Positions 27,432 to 36,678 of a stretch of DNA of 64,000 nt are shown piece after piece. The DNA is from an uncultured Terracidiphilus sp. Lineage in GTDB: Bacteria > Acidobacteriota > Terriglobia > Terriglobales > Acidobacteriaceae. How positions within the stretch are numbered: position 1 is the first letter of the stretch; each line of letters starts with the position of its first letter. The translations under genes and the position numbers were made by a program. A model generated the notes under the pieces. The model was not told the DNA's origin. It made no database searches and was given only the letters and a program-made list of their open reading frames with translations. Location of the stretch: contig CAYPYJ010000003.1 in assembly GCA_964414945.1 (NCBI GenBank), positions 5,895-69,894 of the forward strand, given 5' to 3'.

Positions 27432-29540
27432 ATGGAAAATCGAAATCCGTCGAAATCACTACTGATGTTGTGGAGGTGGTGCGCAATCCTGATTGCCCTC
27501 TCGGCTCTGGCTGTGGCTCAGGTCCGGCTTTTGCCAGCGCCGCGTGAAGCTCACTTTACCGGCGAAACCGTCCTACCGGCAGCGATTGCCGTGAGCGTGC
27601 CCGGACACAATGCCGAGGATGAGTTTACAGCGCGCGATTTGCAAGAGGCCGTGAAGGCCGCCGAGTTGAGCGGCAAGAAAGAGGCCAGCGCTGCCTACCA
27701 GATCGTGCTGCTGCGTAGTGGTTCCGCCCAGGCCAAAACTTTGCTGTCCAGCCATGGGCTGGTGTTCGACGCAGCCATGGAAGATGAAGGTTATGTGCTC
27801 TCTGTTGAGCCGCATGAGGCTTTCGTCGTTGCGGCATCCGCCTCCGGCATCTTTTATGGAGTGCAGACTCTCAAGCAATTGCTCCCGCTTCCGGGCGGCA
27901 AACCGGTTCTACCCACCGGCACGGTGCGCGATTGGCCGGCAATGAAATATCGCGGGATCGACGATGACCTCTCGCGCGGACCGTTTCCAACACTGGAGTT
28001 TCAGAAGCACCAGATTCGCGTCTTCGCTTCTTATAAAATCAACATCTATTCGCCCTACATTGAGCACACTCTGTTATATCCGAATCAGCCATTGGCAGCG
28101 CCTGTTGGCGGCGCGCTTACACCTGCCGAAGCAGCGGAACTGGTCGAATGCGCTCGCCAATACCACGTCATGATCGTGCCCGAGCAGGAGGCATTCGGCC
28201 ACCTTCACCATGTGCTGAAATATGATTTGTACCGGGATGTGGCTGAAACGCCGCATGGCCATGTTCTGGCTCCCGGCCAGCCCGGAACGCTGCCACTGAT
28301 CAAGGATTGGTTTACCCAGGCAGCCCAGGAGTTTCCCTCGCCTTTTCTTCATATCGGGGCCGACGAAACCTTCGACTTGGGCGTGGGTAGAACCCGTCCG
28401 CAGGTCCAGGCAAAGGGATATGGACCTGTTTATGTTGAATTCCTGAAGCAGATTCATGAAGAATTGGCGCCGTTGCACCGGCGTCTGCTTTTCTGGGGAG
28501 ACATTGGCGGCTCCGATCCAGCGGACGTGGCCGGGTTGCCCAAAGATATGATTGCGGTGCCCTGGAATTACTGGGACACCAAGGGCTTCGACAAAATGAT
28601 TGAGCCTTTTGCCAAAGCCGGAATCGAAACCTGGGTAGCTCCCGGAGACGCCAACTGGAATGAGGTCTACCCGGTCGCCAGGGGAGCCTTCGGCAACATT
28701 CAAGGTTTCATTCGCGACGGCCAGCGAATGGGTTCGACCGGCGCGCTGACAACCGTGTGGAACGACGACGGCGAAGGCCTATTCAATATGGACTGGTATG
28801 GTGTGCTGTTTGGAGCGGTGGCAGCTTGGCAACCGGGCGAAAGTTCGATTGAGGATTATCAGAATGCCTACGGGCAAATCTTCCACGGCGATGCCAGCGG
28901 CAAAATTGATCAGGCCGAAAAGGAATTGATGGAAGCTCATTCGGCTCTGGGAAGCTCTCACACCGGCTTGAATAGCGATCAACTCTTCTGGCTCGATCCA
29001 TGGAGTGCGGTGGGACAAGAGGCATCACTAAAAATTCTGCCGGTGGCTGTGGAGTTGCGTACCCATGCCGAGCGAGCCATCGTACTGCTTGCCGAGGCGC
29101 GGGCCGCTAATCCCCGTTTAAAAGAAGTGGATGCGTTGACAGCGATGGATATGGGCGCGCATCGGCTCGACCTGATTGGCTTGAAATTTGAATTGAGTCA
29201 GGAGATCGTCGATGCTTATGCGGAGGTTCTTGCTCGCCAGCATGATCCAGCTAAGGCGCATACTTGGGAAACGCACAACATGCTGGACGAAATTAGCAGC
29301 ATGTTCGGCCGCTGTCAGGATTTGCGCGATGCCTACTCAGCCGCAAAAAGCGGATATAGTCAGGTCTGGCTCAGCGAGAATCGGCCTTATTGGCTGAACA
29401 ACGTTACTGTTCGTTACGACCTTCGGATTGAAGAGTGGCAAAAGCGGGGAGAGCGCTTTGCAGCCGTCACAAAAGATCTGGAGAACAACAAGGAACTGCC
29501 AACAGCCGCCGCGCTTGGTCTGCCCGCTGAACAAAAGTAG
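27432..29540 (+). CDS. GH20 beta-N-acetylhexosaminidase
   Basis: The signal peptide is followed by DWPAMKYRGIDDDLSRGP, then HIGADETF (the catalytic D-E pair context) and VWNDDGE. Confidence 0.7.
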   Translation: MENRNPSKSLLMLWRWCAILIALSALAVAQVRLLPAPREAHFTGETVLPAAIAVSVPGHNAEDEFTARDLQEAVKAAELSGKKEASAAYQIVLLRSGSAQAKTLLSSHGLVFDAAMEDEGYVLSVEPHEAFVVAASASGIFYGVQTLKQLLPLPGGKPVLPTGTVRDWPAMKYRGIDDDLSRGPFPTLEFQKHQIRVFASYKINIYSPYIEHTLLYPNQPLAAPVGGALTPAEAAELVECARQYHVMIVPEQEAFGHLHHVLKYDLYRDVAETPHGHVLAPGQPGTLPLIKDWFTQAAQEFPSPFLHIGADETFDLGVGRTRPQVQAKGYGPVYVEFLKQIHEELAPLHRRLLFWGDIGGSDPADVAGLPKDMIAVPWNYWDTKGFDKMIEPFAKAGIETWVAPGDANWNEVYPVARGAFGNIQGFIRDGQRMGSTGALTTVWNDDGEGLFNMDWYGVLFGAVAAWQPGESSIEDYQNAYGQIFHGDASGKIDQAEKELMEAHSALGSSHTGLNSDQLFWLDPWSAVGQEASLKILPVAVELRTHAERAIVLLAEARAANPRLKEVDALTAMDMGAHRLDLIGLKFELSQEIVDAYAEVLARQHDPAKAHTWETHNMLDEISSMFGRCQDLRDAYSAAKSGYSQVWLSENRPYWLNNVTVRYDLRIEEWQKRGERFAAVTKDLENNKELPTAAALGLPAEQK

Positions 29541-29633
29541 GCAAGTCAACGACTGGCAATGAGCAGCGCACTCGTTGAAATGGTTTATTAAGTAATGTTG
29601 TAGACAGAAAGTTTGAAAGGCAGTGTGCCTGAG

Positions 29634-31979
29634 ATGAAAAGCAAATTGTGGTCGCGGCGAGAAGTGATGCAGGGATTGTCGGTTTTGGGCGTGGCTGCCT
29701 CTGTGAGATGGCGTGGCGCAGCGGCACTCGCGCAAAAACCTCTTTCTAAAAACAGCAAAGATGACCTGCTTGGTTATGTGAACATCGCCTTGGGAACCGG
29801 TGGCCACGGGCACACCTACCCCGGTGCCACCGTGCCTTTCGGAATGGTGCAGTTGAGCCCGGATACATATAACGACGACTGGGATTGGTGTTCCGGCTAT
29901 CACTTATCCGATAACTCGATCATGGGTTTCAGCCACACCCATTTGAGCGGAACCGGCTGCGGCGATCTGCTGGATTTTCTGGTCGTTCCCCGCACCGGCG
30001 AAGTGCGTCTAGAACCTGGGGACCGCAAACAACCCGGAACCGGCTACCGTTCACGATTTTCACACGCGAACGAGCACGCACATCCGGGTTATTACTCTGT
30101 TCAGTTGGATGACTCCGGAGTACTTGCCGAGTTGACCGCTACCGAACATGCTGGTTTTCATCGCTACACCTTCCCGGCCAGCGAAAGCAGCCACATCCTG
30201 CTCGACCTGACCCATGCCTACGGAAAGCTTCCGAGCAAAATCGATTGGTGCAGTGTACGACAGGCAGGTAGGGATACGATTCTTGCCGGTCATGCAACCA
30301 ATGCATGGGCACAAGGCCGCGAGATCTACATCGCGCTGAAGTTCTCTCGGCCCTTTGAACGGATTGAGTTTTATCTTGATGACCAGTTGATTGCGAATCC
30401 TGCACCCGAGTTACGGGGAACCAACTTGAAGGCAGTGGTCTATTTCAAAACTCATGCAGGCGAACAAATTCTGGTCAGGGCGGGGCTTTCTGGAGTTTCC
30501 ACTGAAGGCGCGGAAAAGAATTTGGCAGCGGAGATTCCTGCATGGGATTTTGAACGGGTACGGCATGAGGCTGAATCGTGTTGGCGTCAGGAGTTAAGTA
30601 AGATCAGGATCGAAACTCCAGACGCGATTCGCAAGACAATTTTTTATTCATCGCTTTATCACACAATGCTTGCTCCAACTCTCTTCGACGATGTAGATGG
30701 GCGTTATCGCGGCATGGACGGCGCAATCCATCAACTTACCGGTGGACAACGCAACTACACCACATTTTCGCTGTGGGATACGTACCGCGCCGAACACCCG
30801 TTGATGACTCTCATTCATGCCAATCGCGTGCCGGATATGGTAAACAGTCTGATCCGTATGGCGCAGCAAAGTCCGGCGGGGATGCCAGTGTGGCCGTTGC
30901 AAGGCAAGGAAACAGGATGCATGACCGGATACCATTCGGCTGCCGTGATTGCCGAAGCCAGCACGAAAGGTTTCACCGGCATCGATTATCCGGCCGCCTA
31001 TGAAGCAATGAAGAAGCGCGCCTTTGTGGACGATTACAGAGGGCTTTCCTTGTACCGTTCCATGGGATTCATTCCGGCCGATTTGGAAGAGGAGTCAGTC
31101 TCCAAAACTTTTGAGTACGACTACGATGATTGGGCGATTGCGCATGTGGCCAGCAAGTTGGGAGACAGAGAGAATGCCAAACTGTTGCTGGAGCGCTCTC
31201 GCAACTACCGCCATTGCTGGGATGCAAGCACAGGTTTTATGCGCGCCAAATTCAAGGACGGTTCCTGGGCCATGCCGTTTGACCCCATCGAGTTGGGCCA
31301 CTTTACAAAATGGCGCGACTACACGGAGTCCAATGCATGGCAAACCACATTCGGCATTCAGCATGACGTCACCGGTTGTATCGAGTTGATGGGCGGTGAT
31401 AAAGCCTTTGTATCCAGGTTGGATACTTTGTTCAATCAGCCTTCGACACTGCCCATCAACGCGCCACCCGATATTGCCGGGATGGTGGGCCAGTATGCGC
31501 ATGGCAATGAGCCGAGCCACCACATTGCCTATCTATACTCCTATGCCGGTGAGCCGGCTAAGACTCAGGAGCGAGTGCATTTTCTCAACACTTCAATGTA
31601 CTCGAATACGCCCGACGGAATTACCGGCAATGAAGACTGCGGGCAAATGTCGACATGGTTCATTCTGAGCTCGATCGGCTTCTATGCCGTCGATCCGGTC
31701 AGCGCAAATTACATTTTTGGCACGCCACTCTTTGACCGGAGTACACTCACGCTGGCAGGAGGAAAAGAACTGATCTTTGAGGCCAGGCGCGCAACACCAG
31801 AGAGCATCTACATCCAGAATGTGAAGTTCAACGGCATGCAGCACCTGAAATCCTGGTTCAGCCACGGCCAAGTCGCGGAGGGAGGACACTTTACATTTCA
31901 CCTTGGCGACCGGCCTGACCCGCGCTTTGGCAAGGCGCCATCATCCCGGCCCATCTCGAAGTTGCAACTGAACGCATGA
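29634..31979 (+). CDS. GH92 alpha-mannosidase
   Basis: GHGHTYPGATVPFGMVQLSPDT is the GH92 hallmark; GNEPSHHIAYLY is also present. Tat-like signal: SRREVMQGLSVLGVAAS. The ORF track starts at the TTG at 29613; I prefer the ATG at 29634. Confidence 0.85.
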   Translation: MKSKLWSRREVMQGLSVLGVAASVRWRGAAALAQKPLSKNSKDDLLGYVNIALGTGGHGHTYPGATVPFGMVQLSPDTYNDDWDWCSGYHLSDNSIMGFSHTHLSGTGCGDLLDFLVVPRTGEVRLEPGDRKQPGTGYRSRFSHANEHAHPGYYSVQLDDSGVLAELTATEHAGFHRYTFPASESSHILLDLTHAYGKLPSKIDWCSVRQAGRDTILAGHATNAWAQGREIYIALKFSRPFERIEFYLDDQLIANPAPELRGTNLKAVVYFKTHAGEQILVRAGLSGVSTEGAEKNLAAEIPAWDFERVRHEAESCWRQELSKIRIETPDAIRKTIFYSSLYHTMLAPTLFDDVDGRYRGMDGAIHQLTGGQRNYTTFSLWDTYRAEHPLMTLIHANRVPDMVNSLIRMAQQSPAGMPVWPLQGKETGCMTGYHSAAVIAEASTKGFTGIDYPAAYEAMKKRAFVDDYRGLSLYRSMGFIPADLEEESVSKTFEYDYDDWAIAHVASKLGDRENAKLLLERSRNYRHCWDASTGFMRAKFKDGSWAMPFDPIELGHFTKWRDYTESNAWQTTFGIQHDVTGCIELMGGDKAFVSRLDTLFNQPSTLPINAPPDIAGMVGQYAHGNEPSHHIAYLYSYAGEPAKTQERVHFLNTSMYSNTPDGITGNEDCGQMSTWFILSSIGFYAVDPVSANYIFGTPLFDRSTLTLAGGKELIFEARRATPESIYIQNVKFNGMQHLKSWFSHGQVAEGGHFTFHLGDRPDPRFGKAPSSRPISKLQLNA

Positions 31980-32070
31980 GTCGCGGGAGTCGAATCCGCA
32001 AGGCGCTCCCTCTGACCGTCGGCTTCCACAAAGTGGATGACCGACGCAAAGTCCACGGCTTTCCGGGTTG

Positions 32071-34443
32071 CTAGAAGACTATATTGAAACGTATGGAGCC
32101 AATGCGTGCGGGACCTATCGCGTTCCCAGAGAAGAGCCCCCCAAAGTCAATGACGTTGAGGCGGTTGTTGAGATTCTCGCCGTCGGCTTGCAACCGGAGT
32201 GTGAGCTTTTCGGTTCGATGAAGCTCGGCGCCTATAGAGGCATCAACCGCAAGGTTGGGTTTTACGCGCTCGCTACTAAAGTTAACGCGATTGACTACCG
32301 CTTGACCGTACTCAGCTTGTGCCTGCTGCAATGTGCCATTGAAATCGAAGGGTAGACCGCTGCCGTATTCTGCGCCGCCCGCAAACCAAATACGCCGCAT
32401 TGCTTGATAGCGAATACGAGTTCGTGCCGTGTTGCGCTGATCCTGCGATACGGGGAAGTGTCCGGTGAGTTGCGTCGTTGCATTAACGGCGGCGTCGCCA
32501 AGAAACAACCCGCCCGTGACGGGAAACCAGGCGTTTCCGACGCTGTAGGAGTAGCTCAGAAAACCTGAAAAGCGGTTCCAATGGGGCATCTCGATCTTGC
32601 CTTCTGCCCCGTAAATGATTGCATTACGAAAAGCGATGGGAAAGCTTATGGCCGTGCTGAGTATCTGATCGTCATCGGCATAGTTGTCCACATTTCGACG
32701 AAAGTAATTGGCGTCGATACGCAGCTGGCTGTGAAAGCCTTTGCTTGCACCCAGCTCCATATAATTGCCGTGCGATGGCTTCACAGGAAGGCGCAGAACA
32801 CTCGGATTCAGCGATGCCACTTGCTGAGAACTCGAGAGCAGAATGTTCTCAAACGACGGTGTCTGAAAGACGCGGTCGTACGAGGTGTGAAGAACCAAGC
32901 CCGGTGAGGGGAAGAAACGCGAAATAGCTACGCGCGGACTCACAGCGTTTTGATTGACGAGCAGTTGATAGTGATCCCAGCGCAGGCCGGCGTTTACAGT
33001 CCAGTTCTTAATGTGGATGAAGTCCTGAACAAAGGCGGCCTGTTCGAGGTTGGGACGATTTTCTACGAAACCGAATATTGCTGGCGTCCCAGGATCGAAC
33101 GGATAGTTGGAATCCATGGGGTCTGCGGTCACCACATCGCTGAAATTCTCATGAATGAAAATGTTGTCCGACTCGATGCCAACCTTCCATTCTTGATGGC
33201 TGTGGTGAAACGCCAGCGAGGAATTGAAATAACCTTCGCGGAAGTTGTTATGCTGAAAAACAATCAGAGGCCATGATGAGGGGTTGGAATTGAGATCGTT
33301 GGAGTTGTCGCGAACCATGGCGCGAAGGTTCGCGAGAAAGTCGGGGGAGAAAATATGCTGGTAGGAGGCAATTCCTAACGTTTCGAAATTGTCTGCGGTT
33401 TGAAGCTGTGGCGGAGTTCCCACAGAAGGTGGGAGCGCGCGCAGTTGAGGATATTGCTGGAGTTGCTCGTTGGGTATTTCGTACCGTGCCAGTTCGTGTC
33501 GAACGCTCAACGTGATGTGGTCTTTGGCAGTAAAATCGCGCTCGAAACCGATGGTAGAATCGCCGGTTGTACCGCGATTCGTGTAGTTTTCCGGTACGAC
33601 CGGGTTGAGATAGTGGGCAGTCATACTGCCTGCGATACTGGCCCCTAGCGTGTTCTTTCTCCAGTCATCCTGCAGACGAGCGAAGCCATCAACTGTATCG
33701 TAACCTCCGCCTGAGAGAACAATGTCACCGTGGGTGCCCGGTTGAACATTGCGCAGCGTATTGACTTCGATTACGCCGCCCATCTTCCGGCCATATTCGG
33801 CGGGAATGCCTGCCGTATAAATGGTAAGGGACTCTAGATCGTCGGCTTCGATTTCAGGGCCGAAACCTGGAGAGCGATTGTCGGTGAGAGGGATACCATC
33901 AACCACAAATTGTGTCTGATATTCCGAGCCGCGTGGATGCAGTACGGCATTGCCTTCATAGAGCCAACCGGGTTGCGAATTGACAAGATCTTGCAGGGAG
34001 CGGCCCGGCAAAGAAGCAGGCCGGCCTCGAATTGCCTCAGAACCAATTTGATTGATCGAACCGGCTTGATCGGGGTTCATCAGGGTACCGCTGGCATTAA
34101 CGCTCACTGACTCGGTGACGCCTGGAAGTTTCAAATGTATCTCATGGAAGGTCGGCGCCGTAGCGCGTATTTCGATGAGCTCAGATACAGCGTCAAATTC
34201 AGGCTCCGTGATTTTGAGCCTGTAGACTCCGAAAGGAATTCGTCGCACTGTAGCACTGCCTTCGCGGTCGGTGACAACCTTCTGATGGAACTGGTTGGCT
34301 TCGCTTGTCAGTTCCATAGATAACTGCACGCCAAGCCCCGCAGGGTCGGTGATCCTCAGGCTGAGTTCACCGATGTTGCTCTGTGCAAACAGAGGACAAG
34401 AGGCGATAACCATGATCGAGAGACAGTGGAGAATCGCCTTCAT
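32071..34443 (-). CDS. TonB-dependent receptor with carboxypeptidase-regulatory-like domain
   Basis: CarboxypepD_reg-like segment: GELSLRITDPAGLGV...GVYRLKITEPEF. Plug motifs: LVNSQPGWLYEGN, VVDGIPLTD, IEVNTLR. The C-terminus ends ...SIRFNIVF. Confidence 0.8.
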   Translation of the reverse strand: MKAILHCLSIMVIASCPLFAQSNIGELSLRITDPAGLGVQLSMELTSEANQFHQKVVTDREGSATVRRIPFGVYRLKITEPEFDAVSELIEIRATAPTFHEIHLKLPGVTESVSVNASGTLMNPDQAGSINQIGSEAIRGRPASLPGRSLQDLVNSQPGWLYEGNAVLHPRGSEYQTQFVVDGIPLTDNRSPGFGPEIEADDLESLTIYTAGIPAEYGRKMGGVIEVNTLRNVQPGTHGDIVLSGGGYDTVDGFARLQDDWRKNTLGASIAGSMTAHYLNPVVPENYTNRGTTGDSTIGFERDFTAKDHITLSVRHELARYEIPNEQLQQYPQLRALPPSVGTPPQLQTADNFETLGIASYQHIFSPDFLANLRAMVRDNSNDLNSNPSSWPLIVFQHNNFREGYFNSSLAFHHSHQEWKVGIESDNIFIHENFSDVVTADPMDSNYPFDPGTPAIFGFVENRPNLEQAAFVQDFIHIKNWTVNAGLRWDHYQLLVNQNAVSPRVAISRFFPSPGLVLHTSYDRVFQTPSFENILLSSSQQVASLNPSVLRLPVKPSHGNYMELGASKGFHSQLRIDANYFRRNVDNYADDDQILSTAISFPIAFRNAIIYGAEGKIEMPHWNRFSGFLSYSYSVGNAWFPVTGGLFLGDAAVNATTQLTGHFPVSQDQRNTARTRIRYQAMRRIWFAGGAEYGSGLPFDFNGTLQQAQAEYGQAVVNRVNFSSERVKPNLAVDASIGAELHRTEKLTLRLQADGENLNNRLNVIDFGGLFSGNAIGPARIGSIRFNIVF

Positions 34444-34506
34444 AATGTATTCCCTTGCTTCATACTCAAGAAGTAGTTCCGCCTTGTGGCTAGCACCTCC
34501 CTCGAA

Positions 34507-36576
34507 CTACCACACTCGGCAAGAATTCGCAGCGTACATCGGCTGGCCTTTAGTACATCCGAAGGCTTTGCCGAAATCGTCGAAGTTCTGCACCGTGCCG
34601 TTGACGCGCCCCCGTCCTGGCGAGTGCGGGTCGGCTGCAGCCGATTGCCGTGCAGAACGCAGGGTTTGATTCTGGCACCAGAGTTGGGCGAACGATAGAA
34701 AGAAGCGCTGGCTCGCAGTGTAGCCATCGATCTTTTCGTCGCCCTTATGTTTTTGCGCAGCCAAGGTGTCCATCAGCGCCAGAAAGGCAATACGCAGGCC
34801 GCCATTGTCAGCGGTGTTTTCCGCCAAGGTGAATTTGCCGTTCACCTTGAGTTGCGGCAGATCGTCCGGCTCGGGCATCACTCCGAATTGGCTGTATTCA
34901 GTCACTTCGCACTGAGCCGCCTCGGCAAACTTCTTGCGATCGTCGGGTGTTTCCCATTCGAGCACATTGCCTCTCGCATCGAATTTTGACCCCAGGTCGT
35001 CGAAGCCATGGGTTAGCTCGTGTCCAACCACAAAGCCAATACCACCGAAATTCACTGCCGGATCAGCGTCTTTGTCAAAGAATGGCAGCTGAACGATGCC
35101 GGCGGGAATAAAAATACTGTTCATTGATGGGGTAAAACGCGCGTCCACTGTTGCGGGCCAGATATCCCATTCGTCTACGCCCACAGATTTGCCCACTTTG
35201 CTCATTAGGTAATCGCGCTGAAAGACAGCGTTTCGATGCAAGTTTCCGATGAAATCATTGGAGTCTACCCGCATGTTTGAGTAATCGCGCCACTTTTGAG
35301 GAGATCCAATTCTGTTTCGGATCGCTGCCAGTTTTGTTCCCGCAACCTTCTTCGTTTCGTCGCTCATCCAGGGCAAGGTCCGGATTTCGTCGGCAAGAGC
35401 CTTCTCGAGAGAGGCAGTCAGTCGATTCACGCTGGCTTTGGCCGCGGGCGAGAAGTTCTGTTTCACCCAGTCCTGCGCAATCGCATCACCGAACGCATTA
35501 TCGGTAATCGCAGTGCATTGTTTCCAGCGTGGCGCTGGCTTCTCTTGCCTCGTGAAATAGCTTCCCCAAAAAGCAAAATCCTCATCGCGAAATGCTTGAG
35601 GCAGAGCGTCGGCCTGTTCGCTGAAGATATGCCAGCGGAAGTAGGACCTCCACAAATCAACAGGCGCGGAGGCGAGCAGGCTATTGAAAGCCCTCAGAAA
35701 ATCCGGGTTGGCCACATTGAGTGTGTTGATTCGCAGTGCGGTCACACTCTTGAAGTAGGCATTGAAGTCGAAATCGGGCGCGAGTTTTTGGAGATCGGCG
35801 AATGTGTAGATGTGGTAGCGCTTTTCTGGATCGCTTGAATCCGCGCGACTGGTTGAAGCCTGTGCAAGTTGGGTCTCGATTTCGAGCACAGCCTGTGCTT
35901 CCGTCTCAGCCCGTTCCATCGTATCGCCGGCGAGCATGAACACATGAACGATGTGGTTTAGATATCGCTTGCGAACATACCGCACCTTAGTCCCCACATA
36001 ATTCTCGCGATCCGGCAGCGTCAGTCCGCCCTGAGAGATGGTTAAGATATACCTTGATGAGTCCTTCAGGTCCCGTTCTACATCCAGGCGAAATGGCGGC
36101 GCTGGATTCCCGGAAGCCGCAAGATTGCCGATGAGTGTTGCGAGGCCTTTGGAATCGTTCAGATCGGAAATGAGTTTCAGTGCAGGCTCAATTGACTGGA
36201 GGCCATTCTTCTGCAACTCGTCGACGTTCATACACGCTCGAAAGTAATCGCCATACTTCGTTTCAAGCGGGCTTTTAGGCTGCCTGGAGGCTCTGTCCAG
36301 TTCCTGCCAAAGTTGATAAAGGTTGCGCTCCTGGAGAAGCGAGAACGACCGCACCCAGCGTACTTGGTCAGCGGGCACTGGATTATCCTTGATCCAGTTA
36401 CCGCATGAGTATTGATAAAAGTCCGTGCAAGGGTCCACAGTTTTGTCGATGGCCGAGAGATCCAAACTCTTGATGGGAGGCGGCAACAGCGGCGGCTCAA
36501 CTTGGGAAGCGGAAGGCGTTTGGGCCAGGGCGGCACAGGCCGCAATCAGGATAGGTGCAATACCGAAAAAGCGCAT
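34507..36576 (-). CDS. M13-family zinc metallopeptidase (PepO / endothelin-converting-enzyme-like), probable lipoprotein
   Basis: Motifs HELTHGFD (HExxH) and ENTADNGG, with the M13-style C-terminus NSCRVW. The probable start MRFFGIAPILIAACAALAQ (ATG at 36576) carries a lipobox-like IAAC. The ORF track extends to 36603. Confidence 0.85.
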   Translation of the reverse strand: MRFFGIAPILIAACAALAQTPSASQVEPPLLPPPIKSLDLSAIDKTVDPCTDFYQYSCGNWIKDNPVPADQVRWVRSFSLLQERNLYQLWQELDRASRQPKSPLETKYGDYFRACMNVDELQKNGLQSIEPALKLISDLNDSKGLATLIGNLAASGNPAPPFRLDVERDLKDSSRYILTISQGGLTLPDRENYVGTKVRYVRKRYLNHIVHVFMLAGDTMERAETEAQAVLEIETQLAQASTSRADSSDPEKRYHIYTFADLQKLAPDFDFNAYFKSVTALRINTLNVANPDFLRAFNSLLASAPVDLWRSYFRWHIFSEQADALPQAFRDEDFAFWGSYFTRQEKPAPRWKQCTAITDNAFGDAIAQDWVKQNFSPAAKASVNRLTASLEKALADEIRTLPWMSDETKKVAGTKLAAIRNRIGSPQKWRDYSNMRVDSNDFIGNLHRNAVFQRDYLMSKVGKSVGVDEWDIWPATVDARFTPSMNSIFIPAGIVQLPFFDKDADPAVNFGGIGFVVGHELTHGFDDLGSKFDARGNVLEWETPDDRKKFAEAAQCEVTEYSQFGVMPEPDDLPQLKVNGKFTLAENTADNGGLRIAFLALMDTLAAQKHKGDEKIDGYTASQRFFLSFAQLWCQNQTLRSARQSAAADPHSPGRGRVNGTVQNFDDFGKAFGCTKGQPMYAANSCRVW

Positions 36577-36678
36577 CGTTCCTCTTTTCTTTTTGCGGGC
36601 CACCCAATTCCATTGCAGGTAAGGTCCGCTATATCGTTATTTCGGCGTTTCTCTGTGTGCCCGTTGCGACGGCTCATC

